From: an uncultured Actinomycetes bacterium
Lineage (GTDB): Bacteria > Actinomycetota > UBA4738 > HRBIN12
Direction of reading: 5' to 3'
Assembly (NCBI GenBank): GCA_963704725.1
Contig: OY969934.1
Location: forward strand, 928,001 to 992,000
DNA length: 64,000 bases
Part shown: piece after piece, positions 9,428 to 18,273 of the stretch
Numbering within the stretch: position 1 is the stretch's first letter
Layout: each line of letters begins with the position of its first letter
Made by a program: the position numbers and the translations under genes
Notes under the pieces: generated by a model
Database searches by the model: none
Told to the model about the DNA's origin: nothing
The model's input: only the letters and a program-made list of their open reading frames with translations

Positions 9428-10174
9428 TCAGCGGGGTGTCGCGTACGTCTCCAGCGCCCGGATGAACAGGTCGATCGCGAACCGGAACCGCTCCTCGTTA
9501 TCGCCGGAGAACAGGAGGTCGGCGGCCGCCCGGGTGTGGGGGAACCGATCCTCGGGCAACGACGCCACGTAGTCGCGGAACATCTTGACGATCTCGTCGG
9601 GCGGCAAATCCTCGCCCGTGGGTGAGGCCAGCCCGAGGGTCTCCTCGAACGCGTAGGCGCCCACGTACAGCCCCACGACATCGCCGAGGTACGCGATCAC
9701 GCGATCGGGGATCCCCACGGGGCGGAGCAGCTCGAAGAGCCACTCGGCCAGGAGCGCGATCGTCGGCCCGGACGGGATCCGCCCCAGTGAGATCCTCGCG
9801 CTGTCGCGGTGGCTGCCCAGAACCGACCGCATCTGATCGGCCAGGTCCCGGAGCTGGTCCTGCCACCGGGAGGGATCGGGCTCGGGCAGGGACACCTCCT
9901 CCGTGATCCGCTCGAACAGGAGCTGGAGGAGCTCGTCCTTGTTCCGGACGTGCCAGTAGAGCGAGGCCGCCCCCGTGCCGAGTTCCTCGGCGACGTGTCG
10001 CATCGACAGGCCGTCCATGCCCTCGCGGTCCAGGACCCGCAGGGCGGCCTCGATGATCGCGTCGCGGCTGAGGGGCGCGCGCGGGGCCACGTGGGATCGG
10101 TCGGGGAGCCGCCATGGCGGCTCGGGGATCGCGGCTCCGGCTGAGGCACCGGCTCCCGCCGTCTCGTCCTCCAT
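9428..10174 (-). CDS. TetR/AcrR family transcriptional regulator (TetR_C-type)
   Basis: LSRDAIIEAALRVLDREGMDGLSMRHVAEELGTGAASLYWHVRNKDELL HTH. Confidence 0.95.
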   Translation of the reverse strand: MEDETAGAGASAGAAIPEPPWRLPDRSHVAPRAPLSRDAIIEAALRVLDREGMDGLSMRHVAEELGTGAASLYWHVRNKDELLQLLFERITEEVSLPEPDPSRWQDQLRDLADQMRSVLGSHRDSARISLGRIPSGPTIALLAEWLFELLRPVGIPDRVIAYLGDVVGLYVGAYAFEETLGLASPTGEDLPPDEIVKMFRDYVASLPEDRFPHTRAAADLLFSGDNEERFRFAIDLFIRALETYATPR

Positions 10175-10203
10175 CTCACCTGCACACTACCATTTCACGA
10201 TCC

Positions 10204-10281
10204 GCGTTCGAGTCTCGAACGCCGTTTGACAAAGAGGGCCGGCGGTGCGCAGAATGACGTTCGAGTACGGAACAGTGTTCG
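10204..10281 (+). promoter_or_regulatory. sigma-70 type promoter of the ABC exporter with TetR operator-like inverted repeats
   Basis: Perfect IR GCGTTCGAG-T-CTCGAACGC (10204-10222); TTGACA 10226-10231, 18-nt spacer, CAGAAT 10250-10255; related GTTCGAGTACGGAAC and GAACAGTGTTC just downstream. Confidence 0.65.
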
Positions 10282-10311
10282 ACAACAGAGACGCGTGAGA
10301 GGAGGAGATCG

Positions 10312-11286
10312 ATGACCCCGACGATCGAGGCCCGCGGGCTCGAGAAGCGGTTCGGGCGGACGCGGGCCCTGGACGGGCTGGACCTCGTGGCCGAGCCGGG
10401 CCAGGTGGTGGCGGTGCTCGGCCCGAACGGAGCGGGCAAGACCACGTTCATCCGGGCCGTGGCCACGCTGCTGCGGCCCGATTCCGGGACGCTCCGGGTG
10501 GCCGGTCGCGACGTCCGGCGCGAGCCGGCGGCGGTGCGGCGCACCATCGGCCTGGCCGGGCAGTACGCCGCCGTCGAGCCCGCGATGACGGGCCGCGAGA
10601 ACCTGGAGATGGTGGCCCGGCTGTTCGGCCAGGACCGCCGAGCAGCCAGGACCAACGCCCAGGCCGTGCTGGAGCAGCTCGGCCTGTCCGAGGCGGCCGA
10701 CCGGCTCACCCGGACCTACTCGGGCGGCATGCGGCGGAAGCTGGACCTCGGGGCGAGCCTGGTGGGGGCGCCCCGCCTCCTGCTCCTGGACGAGCCGACG
10801 ACGGGCCTCGACCCGCGGAGCCGGATCGAGCTGTGGGACGCGATCCGAGCCCTCGTCGAGCGGGGAACCGACGTCCTGCTCACCACGCAGTACCTGGACG
10901 AGGCCGACCACCTGGCGAGCCACATCGTGATCGTCGACCACGGCCGCGCGGTGGCCTCGGGGACCCCGGCCGAGCTCAAGCGCCGCATCGGGGGCAACGT
11001 GATCGAGGTCCACGTCCGCCACCGGGACGACCTGGCCACGGTGGAGGCGGCGCTCGGCGGCCTCGACCACGGCGACGCGCAGATCGACGAGGCCACCCGG
11101 CGGGTGAGCGTGGGCGTCGAGCCCGGGGGCGACTGGCTGATGCAGGCGCTGCGAACGGTCGAGGCCTCCGGCGTCGAGATCGAGGACATCGCACTGCGCC
11201 AGCCGAAGCTCGACGAGGTCTTCCTGGCCCTCACCGGACAACCGCTCGAGGACGACAGCTCGGCCTCTCAGCCCGCAGCCGGATAA
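10312..11286 (+). CDS. ABC transporter ATP-binding protein (DrrA-like exporter)
   Basis: Walker A GPNGAGKTT, signature YSGGMRR, Walker B LLLLDEPTTGLD. GAGGAGGAG RBS. Confidence 0.95.
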   Translation: MTPTIEARGLEKRFGRTRALDGLDLVAEPGQVVAVLGPNGAGKTTFIRAVATLLRPDSGTLRVAGRDVRREPAAVRRTIGLAGQYAAVEPAMTGRENLEMVARLFGQDRRAARTNAQAVLEQLGLSEAADRLTRTYSGGMRRKLDLGASLVGAPRLLLLDEPTTGLDPRSRIELWDAIRALVERGTDVLLTTQYLDEADHLASHIVIVDHGRAVASGTPAELKRRIGGNVIEVHVRHRDDLATVEAALGGLDHGDAQIDEATRRVSVGVEPGGDWLMQALRTVEASGVEIEDIALRQPKLDEVFLALTGQPLEDDSSASQPAAG

Positions 11287-11303
11287 CAGAAAGGAGAGGT
11301 GCG

Positions 11304-12113
11304 ATGGCAACCATCGATGCGACGATCGACCGGCGCTCGGCCGGCCTGTGGGTCAGCACGTTCGCGATCGCGAAGCGTGCCGCGCTCCGGTACCTGCGGA
11401 CGCCGCAGCTCATCGTGCTCGGCACGATCCAGGGCGCGATGTTCCTGTTGATCTTCCGCTACGTGTTCGGCGGGGCGATCCGGATCGGCGGGATCGACTA
11501 CGTCGACTTCCTCGTGCCCGGGTTCGTCACGACGAGCGTCCTGTTCTCGGGGATGGGCACGGCCACGGCGGTGGCCGAGGATCTCGAGCAGGGGTTCATC
11601 GACCGGCTGCGCTCGCTGCCGATCCCACGCAGCGCCGTGCTGACCGGCCGGGTCCTCTCGGACACGGCCTGGTTGACGTGGGGTCTGGCCGTCACGATCG
11701 CGATCGGGTTCGCGGTGGGCTTCCGGATCCACGGGTCCGCGCCGGATGCGCTGGCGGCGTTCGGGCTGTGCGTGGTCTTCGGGTTCGCGTTCATCTGGCT
11801 GTTCGTCTCGCTGGGTCTGTTCGCCGGCACGGCCCAGGCTGCGCAGGGGATGGCGCTGCTCGTGTTCCCGCTCACGTTCGTCTCGAGCGCGTACGTGCCG
11901 GTCGAATCCATGCCGGGCTGGATGCAGGCGTTCGCGGAGCACCAGCCGCTGACCTACATGGTCGACGCGGTCCGGGCCCTCACGCAGGGACCGGACGCGG
12001 TCGCCCTCCTCGGCCACCCCGCGGGGTACTTCGTCACGCGGTCGTTGCTGTGGGCGGCCGGGATCGTGGTGGTGTTCGCGCCGCTTGCCGTGGCGCGCTA
12101 CCGGCGGAGCTGA
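11304..12113 (+). CDS. ABC-2 type transporter permease (DrrB-like)
   Basis: AAAGGAGAGG RBS, six hydrophobic segments, GFIDRLRSLP and FVSSAYVPVESMPGWMQ motifs. Confidence 0.93.
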   Translation: MATIDATIDRRSAGLWVSTFAIAKRAALRYLRTPQLIVLGTIQGAMFLLIFRYVFGGAIRIGGIDYVDFLVPGFVTTSVLFSGMGTATAVAEDLEQGFIDRLRSLPIPRSAVLTGRVLSDTAWLTWGLAVTIAIGFAVGFRIHGSAPDALAAFGLCVVFGFAFIWLFVSLGLFAGTAQAAQGMALLVFPLTFVSSAYVPVESMPGWMQAFAEHQPLTYMVDAVRALTQGPDAVALLGHPAGYFVTRSLLWAAGIVVVFAPLAVARYRRS

Positions 12114-12158
12114 CGGAGACGAGGACGGGCGGAAGGAGGAGCACGTTCCGGCGCTCGC

Positions 12159-13370
12159 TCACGTGAGCGGCAGGACGACGGCGAAGCGGGCGCCGTGGGC
12201 GAGCCGGTTCTCGGCGCTGATCCGGCCGCCGAGCGCCTCGACGATCCGCTTGGCCAGTGCCAGCCCGAGGCCGGCGCCCGGCCCGCTGCGAGCCGGGTCG
12301 GCTCGGTAGAAGGGCTCGAAGATCCGCTCGAGGTCCTCGGGCGCGATCCCCTCGCCCGTGTCCTCGACGGACACCTCGAGGTGATCGTCCCGGCACCGCG
12401 CGGCCAGGCGCACCGTGCCCTCGGCGGGCGTGTGGCGGACGGCGTTCACGAGCAGGTTCTGCAGGACGCGGGTCATGCGGGGGGAGCACGAGAGCTCGGC
12501 CGCGCCGGTCAGGTCCGCCTCGACCGTCACGCGCCTCTCCGCGCCGAGGGCCTCGACCGTGGCGACCGCCGATCGCACGATCTCGCCGAGACGGGCGCGC
12601 TTCGTCTCGCGCTCGATCGCCCCCGCGTCGAGCTGGGTGAGCTCGAACAGGTCGTCGACCATGGTCGAGAGCTGCTGGACCGACCGGCGCATCTCGGACG
12701 TGTACCGCGCCACGGTATGGGCGTCGTCCACGACGCCGTCGTCGACGGCCTCCACCATGGCGCGGAGCGAGGCGAGCGGCGTGCGAAGGTCGTGCGAGAC
12801 CGCCGTGATGAGGTCCCGCCGCATGGCCTCGGCCGCCCGCCGGTGCTCCTGCGCGCGCTGCAGCTGGTCCGCCATCTCGTCGAGGGCGCGACCGAGCGCG
12901 TCGAGCTCGGGGCCCGAGGAGACCGGCCCCACCCGCGCGTCGAGCTCGCCGCGACCGAGGGCCGCGGCCGTCCGGCCGAGCCGGGCGAACGACGGACCGA
13001 TCGTCCGGGAGAGCGAGACCGCCACCGCCGCTCCGGCGCCGAGCGAGTAGACGAGCAGGATCGCGAGCAGCTTCGCGTCGTGTCCGGAGACGATCATGTC
13101 CGTGGCCAGGGCGGCGAGGTTCGACAGGGCCACGACGAGAGCCACGATGGCGACCGACACGAGCCGGACCGGAAGGGACGTTCGCCTGAGCAGCCGGGGA
13201 GCGATCACGGCGACGAGCACGGTGACGACGCCCGCGGGCACCAGCGCGCCGGCGACGTGGAACGTCTCGCTCGCACCCATCCCGAGCGCGACGCTCGTAG
13301 CCAGGCTGGCCAGCGCCCCGCCCGCCGCGGTCGCGGCGACGACGATCCCGGTGCGAAGGAGCGGCCTCAC
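12159..13370 (-). CDS. HAMP-domain sensor histidine kinase
   Basis: H-box VSHDLRTPL, N-box NLLVNAVRH, G-boxes DTGEGI and GAGLGLA. GTG start overlaps the regulator stop. Confidence 0.93.
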   Translation of the reverse strand: MRPLLRTGIVVAATAAGGALASLATSVALGMGASETFHVAGALVPAGVVTVLVAVIAPRLLRRTSLPVRLVSVAIVALVVALSNLAALATDMIVSGHDAKLLAILLVYSLGAGAAVAVSLSRTIGPSFARLGRTAAALGRGELDARVGPVSSGPELDALGRALDEMADQLQRAQEHRRAAEAMRRDLITAVSHDLRTPLASLRAMVEAVDDGVVDDAHTVARYTSEMRRSVQQLSTMVDDLFELTQLDAGAIERETKRARLGEIVRSAVATVEALGAERRVTVEADLTGAAELSCSPRMTRVLQNLLVNAVRHTPAEGTVRLAARCRDDHLEVSVEDTGEGIAPEDLERIFEPFYRADPARSGPGAGLGLALAKRIVEALGGRISAENRLAHGARFAVVLPLT

Positions 13371-14056
13371 GGCTCGTACCGGTAGCCGACGCCCCACACC
13401 GTGAGCAGATGCTCCGGCCGGGACGGGACCGCCTCGATCTTCTCGCGCAGGCGCCGGACGTGGACGGTCACGGTGGAGCTGTCGCCGTCCCAGGCGAAGT
13501 CCCACACGTCCTCGAGGAGCTGCGATCGCGTGAACGTGATCCCGGGGTGAGAGGCCATGTGCAGGAGCAGGTCGAACTCCTTCCGCGTCAGGCGCACCGG
13601 CTCGCCGCCGACCCACACCTCGCGACGCTCGACGTCGATCCGGACGTTGCCGTGCTCGAGGACGGTCCCGGCGACGCCGGCCGTCCCGGCCCGGCGGAGC
13701 ACCGCCCGCACCCGGGCCACGACCTCCCGCGGCGAGAACGGCTTCGCCACGTAGTCGTCGGCTCCCCGCTCCAGACCGACGATCCGGTCGGTCTCGTCGC
13801 CGCGGGCCGTGAGCATGATCACCGGGGTCGACGCCGTCCGCCGCAGCCGGAGGAAGACCTCGTACCCGTCGAGGCGCGGCAGCATCAGATCGAGAAGCAC
13901 GAGGTCCGGCTCGACCTCGCCAAAACGGACCAGCGCCTCCTCGCCGTCGGCCGCCGTCGCCACGTCGAACCCGTCCCGCACGAGGTAGCGAGACAGGACC
14001 TCGCGGACCATCGGTTCGTCGTCGACCACCAGGACCGTAGGGCTCATCGCGTTCAT
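13367..14056 (-). CDS. OmpR family response regulator
   Basis: VLVVDDE, LLDLMLP, ADDYVAKPF and winged-helix TVWGVGYR. Confidence 0.95.
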   Translation of the reverse strand: MNAMSPTVLVVDDEPMVREVLSRYLVRDGFDVATAADGEEALVRFGEVEPDLVLLDLMLPRLDGYEVFLRLRRTASTPVIMLTARGDETDRIVGLERGADDYVAKPFSPREVVARVRAVLRRAGTAGVAGTVLEHGNVRIDVERREVWVGGEPVRLTRKEFDLLLHMASHPGITFTRSQLLEDVWDFAWDGDSSTVTVHVRRLREKIEAVPSRPEHLLTVWGVGYRYEP

Positions 14057-14159
14057 CGTCGCACGCGATCGCTCACCGCGAGGGGTGGAGCACCCCATCG
14101 ATCGACACGCCCCTGCTGTGGCTCATCCCGACCTCCCTCTCCGATCGATCCCGATCCGG

Positions 14160-15716
14160 TCAGATCACCGTCACGAACACGGTGTGGAAGCCGGTCGCCC
14201 CGTCGGGGAACGGGGGCTGGACGTCGGGCGGCTGGATCTCACCCTCGCCATCGGTCGCGCGGACCTGGAGGCGATGGTCGCCGCGCGAGGCGTCCCACAT
14301 CCAGACCCATTGCCGCCACGTGTCGATCGTGTCCACCTCGGCAAGCTCGGCCACCTGCCAGGGGCCCTCGTCGACGCGGACCTCGACCCGCTCGACCCCC
14401 CGGTGCTGAGCCCACGCCACGCCGGCGACGGGGACCCGCCCCGCGCGGACGTTTCGCGAGCTGCCCGGCGTGTCGATCCGCGACTCCGTCTTGATCGGTG
14501 CCTGCTGCGCCCACTGCCGCTGGACCCAGTAGGCGCTGTACGCGTCGAAGGTCGTGAGCTCGAGGTCGACCACCCACTTCGTGGCCGAGACGTAGCCGTA
14601 GAGCCCGGGCACGATCATGCGGACCGGGAAGCCGTGATCGATCGGCAGCGGCTCGCCGTTCATGGCGACCGCGAGCATCGCGTCCCGGCCGTCCATCGCC
14701 ACCGCGGTCGGCGTGCCGGCCGTGAACCCGTCGACCGACGTCGAGACGATCTGGTCGGCGCCGGGCCTGACGCCGGCCTCCTCGAGGAGGTCCTTGAGCG
14801 GGGCACCGACCCACCGGGCGTTGCCGATGTAGCCGCCGCCGACCGGGTTCGAGACGCAGGTGAGCGTGACGTCGCGCTCGATGAGCGGGCGGTCGAGCAG
14901 CGACCGGTAGTCGAGCCGAACCTCGCGCTCGACCATCCCGTGGACGCGGAGCCTCCACTCCTCCGCCATCACCGCCGGGACGAGCAGGGCGGTGTCGACC
15001 CGGTAGAAGCGATCGTTCGGGGTGAGGAACGGGCCGAGACCCGGCACGTGCAGGTCCGCTCCGGCGACCGGGGGAACGGGGCTCGCGGGCGCGGGGACCC
15101 TCACGTCGGCCCTCGAGGCGTCGGCGCGGAACCGGCCGGTGAACAGGTTGCCCGCGGCGGCGGCGGTCGCGGCGACGACGGCGCCCGCGGCGCCCGCGAT
15201 CAGGAACCGTCGGCGGTCGAAGGCCCGGGGGGCGGCGTCACTCGGCGAGACGGCAGGGGCGAAGGCCGATCGCAGCAGCCCCAGGAGCGCGATCCCCCCG
15301 GCGACGGTGCCGGCCACGGCGGGCAGCGCGTCGACCGGCTCACCCCCCGGCCTGGTCAGCGCGGCGGCCACGCCGATCGCGCCGAACGCTGCCAACCCGG
15401 CGATCCCGACCCAGGCCCGGCGCACCGCCCACACGCCGAGCGCGAGGGCGACGACGCCGAGGACGACACCGATCCCGGCCAGCAGGACGCGCTTGTCGTT
15501 CGAGCCGAACGTGCGGATCGCCCAGCTCTTCAGCCACTCCGGCGTCGCGTCGATCGCGGCCTGGCCGACGGCGATGATCGGCGACGCTTCGGGCTCGACG
15601 AGGCCGGCGACGAGCTGCGCGACCCCGATCGCCACCCCCCCGGACAGGAGCCCGATCACGGCGCCCGTCACGGCGCGCGGTCCGGCGCCGCTACGCTCCG
15701 CCGGCGCCGATGCCAT
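14160..15716 (-). CDS. membrane-anchored molybdopterin-dependent oxidoreductase (sulfite oxidase family)
   Basis: N-terminal TM segments, internal DRRRFL motif, FYRVDTA, Mo-ligand LTCVSN, HGFPVRMIVPGLYGYVSATKW. Confidence 0.92.
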   Translation of the reverse strand: MASAPAERSGAGPRAVTGAVIGLLSGGVAIGVAQLVAGLVEPEASPIIAVGQAAIDATPEWLKSWAIRTFGSNDKRVLLAGIGVVLGVVALALGVWAVRRAWVGIAGLAAFGAIGVAAALTRPGGEPVDALPAVAGTVAGGIALLGLLRSAFAPAVSPSDAAPRAFDRRRFLIAGAAGAVVAATAAAAGNLFTGRFRADASRADVRVPAPASPVPPVAGADLHVPGLGPFLTPNDRFYRVDTALLVPAVMAEEWRLRVHGMVEREVRLDYRSLLDRPLIERDVTLTCVSNPVGGGYIGNARWVGAPLKDLLEEAGVRPGADQIVSTSVDGFTAGTPTAVAMDGRDAMLAVAMNGEPLPIDHGFPVRMIVPGLYGYVSATKWVVDLELTTFDAYSAYWVQRQWAQQAPIKTESRIDTPGSSRNVRAGRVPVAGVAWAQHRGVERVEVRVDEGPWQVAELAEVDTIDTWRQWVWMWDASRGDHRLQVRATDGEGEIQPPDVQPPFPDGATGFHTVFVTVI

Positions 15717-15848
15717 GGGGGCACCGCCGATCCCGTCCGTCGAGCTGGTGAGTCCTCGGCCCGTCACGCCGTCAGGGTGCACCCAAGACCTTGTGGATGT
15801 CTTACGGAGTCGTCTCCTCGGGCCTACGGTCGGGGCGATCCCCGGCGG

Positions 15849-16298
15849 TCAGGAGGCGAGGGGTTCCTCCGACCCGCCGTTCATGAGCAGCATGCCGAGG
15901 TAGGACAGGAGGATGCGGGCGCCCGCGACGTTCGTCACGACCGGCACGCCGTACAGGTCGCACACCTTGAGCAGCGCCTGGATGTCGGGCTCGTGCGGGT
16001 GCGCGGTGAGCGGGTCTCGCAGGAACACCACCGCGTCGACCTCGCCCGCGGCGATCCTGGCCGCGATCTGCAGGTCGCCGCCGTGGGGGCCGCTCGCCGC
16101 CCGCTCCACCGGCACGCCGATCTCGTCGGCGATGAGCCCGCCCGTCGTTCCCGTGCCGATCAGCCGGAGCCTGCCGAGCAGCCCGCGGTACTCGCGCGCG
16201 AGCTCGAGCATGTCCGGCTTCTTCTCGTCGTGCGCCACCAGGGCCACGACGAACGCCTCGCCGGCGGTGCGCGGCTCGAGCCTCGGGATCTCGTTCAC
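15849..16298 (-). CDS. mgsA: methylglyoxal synthase
   Basis: ALVAHDEKK, GTGTTG, SGPHGGDLQI, FLRDPLTAHPHEPDI and TN motifs. Confidence 0.95.
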   Translation of the reverse strand: MNEIPRLEPRTAGEAFVVALVAHDEKKPDMLELAREYRGLLGRLRLIGTGTTGGLIADEIGVPVERAASGPHGGDLQIAARIAAGEVDAVVFLRDPLTAHPHEPDIQALLKVCDLYGVPVVTNVAGARILLSYLGMLLMNGGSEEPLAS

Positions 16299-16388
16299 GC
16301 ATCGACGCTACCAACCGAGGCCGCGAAGTCCGGCCCGACGGTATGAACATCCTGTAACGACTCCGGAACCGCGCGCGGTGGAGCGGCG

Positions 16389-17924
16389 TCAGGCGGCGCC
16401 GCGAGTCGCGGGCTCGCGGCGAGGGACGAGCGTCCGCGTGGCCGGGCTCCGCGGAGGCTCCCACGGGATCCGCAAGGTGAACACGGAGCCGGCCTCGCTC
16501 GAGCGATCCAACGTCAGCTCCCCCCCGATCGCGTCGGCGAGCCGGCGACAGATGTACAGGCCGAGCCCGGTTCCGCCGACGCTCCGCGTCGGGGTCTGGT
16601 CGACCTGGAAGAAGCGTTCGAACACCCGCTCCTGCGAGTCCAGGGGGATCCCCGGGCCCTGATCCTCGACGCTCAGGGTCTCGCCCCGGTCCGTCGCCCG
16701 ACCCTGGATCCAGACGTAGGTGCCGGGCGGCGTGTACTTCAGCGCGTTCTCCACCAGGTTGGACAGGATGCGATGGACCTTCGCCGCGTCCGTCCGCACG
16801 ACAGGAAGGTCCTGGTCGAAGGTCAGCGCGATCGTGTGTCCCGGCGAGCGGTCGCGGAGCTCGTTCACGACGCTGTGCGCGAGCTCGGACAGGTCCACCG
16901 TGGTGACCTCGATGGACTCGGCGTTGGCGTCCAGGCGCGCGGCGTCGAGGAGCTCCTCGATCAGTCGCTGGAGCCGATCGCTCTGGCGGGCCGCGCCCTC
17001 CAGGAACTCCCGGGATTGCTCCGCGTCGAGCTGGTCGCCGAGCTGCAACAGCGTCTTGACGTATCCCTGGATCGAGGTGAGCGGGGTGCGCAGCTCGTGG
17101 GACACCACGGCGACGAGATCGTCCTTCAGCCGGTTCAGCTCGGTCAGCTCGGTGTTCTCGACCGAGGTGCGCGCGCTCCAGTGCACGGAGGCCACCGGGA
17201 GGGCGAGGAGCGGAAGCAACGTCGGGTTGTGCTGCGCGACCACCACCACGACCGGGCCGAGCGACAGGAGGACCCCGGCCGTCACCGACTGGAAGGCGAG
17301 GTGCCGGCGGAGGTGATGCAGCGGCGGCAGGTTCTGCGAGAGCGCCACCGCGACCTCGACCACCGCGGTGTTCACGAGGAAGAACGCGATGCCGGAGGCG
17401 ACGATCGGGACGAGATCGCCCGCCACCAGGACGGCGGACCCGCCGAGAACCGCGTACACGCCTCCGGCGGCCGCCATCGATAGGACGTAGCCGGCGATGT
17501 TGAACAGCATCTTCCACGGCGGCTTCCGCCCCGTGTCGGCCGCCAGGACGGCCGCCACCATCGCGACGACCGCGGCACCCGTGCCCCAGCCGAGCATGAT
17601 CGCGAACCCGAACGTCGTTGAGGTGGTGACCTCCTCGACGTCCTGGTGGCGGGGGAGCCGGATGGGGAACAGCTCGCCGATGACCGCGAGGGCCCCCAGC
17701 AGCCAGAACGTGCCGGGCGCCCGCCCGATCTCCCGGACCCCGCCGGTCGCGGCGAGCGCGACGAACACGATCACCCCCGCCGCCGAGACCGTCGCGACGT
17801 AGAGGTCGATCGCGCGCATCCGAGCACGCCGCAACCTCTGCGTGCCCGGATCGATGGGGCGAAGCCTGCCCTCGGCGCCCGGCCGCGCGGCCGGGTCCCG
17901 CTCGGCGGGCCCGGGTCGGGTCAT
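16389..17924 (-). CDS. multi-TM membrane-sensor histidine kinase (no cognate regulator adjacent)
   Basis: About 7-8 TM N-terminal domain (GELFPIRLP, PWKMLFN, FFLVN), H-box VSHELRTPLT, NLVENALKY, DQGPGI, GGTGLGL. Start is ATG 17924 or 17819. Confidence 0.9.
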   Translation of the reverse strand: MTRPGPAERDPAARPGAEGRLRPIDPGTQRLRRARMRAIDLYVATVSAAGVIVFVALAATGGVREIGRAPGTFWLLGALAVIGELFPIRLPRHQDVEEVTTSTTFGFAIMLGWGTGAAVVAMVAAVLAADTGRKPPWKMLFNIAGYVLSMAAAGGVYAVLGGSAVLVAGDLVPIVASGIAFFLVNTAVVEVAVALSQNLPPLHHLRRHLAFQSVTAGVLLSLGPVVVVVAQHNPTLLPLLALPVASVHWSARTSVENTELTELNRLKDDLVAVVSHELRTPLTSIQGYVKTLLQLGDQLDAEQSREFLEGAARQSDRLQRLIEELLDAARLDANAESIEVTTVDLSELAHSVVNELRDRSPGHTIALTFDQDLPVVRTDAAKVHRILSNLVENALKYTPPGTYVWIQGRATDRGETLSVEDQGPGIPLDSQERVFERFFQVDQTPTRSVGGTGLGLYICRRLADAIGGELTLDRSSEAGSVFTLRIPWEPPRSPATRTLVPRREPATRGAA

Positions 17925-17947
17925 GACGCTCGGGGCTCGGTCAGCTG

Positions 17948-18055
17948 CTATCCCCACTTGAGACCGTTCGTGAAGATCTCGCCGATCCCTCCGAAGAACG
18001 CGAGGAGCGCGAGCGCCGAGGCGGCGATGGCGAGGCGAACGAGCTTGTCCTTCAT
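17948..18055 (-). CDS. 35-aa small peptide MKDKLVRLAIAASALALLAFFGGIGEIFTNGLKWG (not in ORF track)
   Basis: Near-perfect RBS GAGGAGGTGA before ATG 18055, host-like codons, basic N-terminus, hydrophobic core and polar tail ending KWG. TAG lies 23 nt upstream of the kinase ATG. Confidence 0.8.
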   Translation of the reverse strand: MKDKLVRLAIAASALALLAFFGGIGEIFTNGLKWG

Positions 18056-18273
18056 GACTCACCTCCTCACCGAGAGTCCACGTCCGTGTTCCTGGACGTA
18101 CGTCCTCCATGTTCGGTCGGCGAGGACCTACAGAACATCGGCCGACCGTCGCGTTCGCGATCGGTCGACGTCGTAGGCGTGACGAGCCCTTCGACGTAGG
18201 GCGCCGACGCCGGCATCTCGGCGTAGGAGCGGGGCCGGACCGTGCCGGACGTCGTCGTACACTCGGCCGCGAG

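Noticed and set aside
18056-18273. SAM/SAH riboswitch upstream of metF
   Set aside because: No recognisable conserved core, and a -10 box 10 nt before the ATG leaves no room for a leader. An Rfam scan would settle it.
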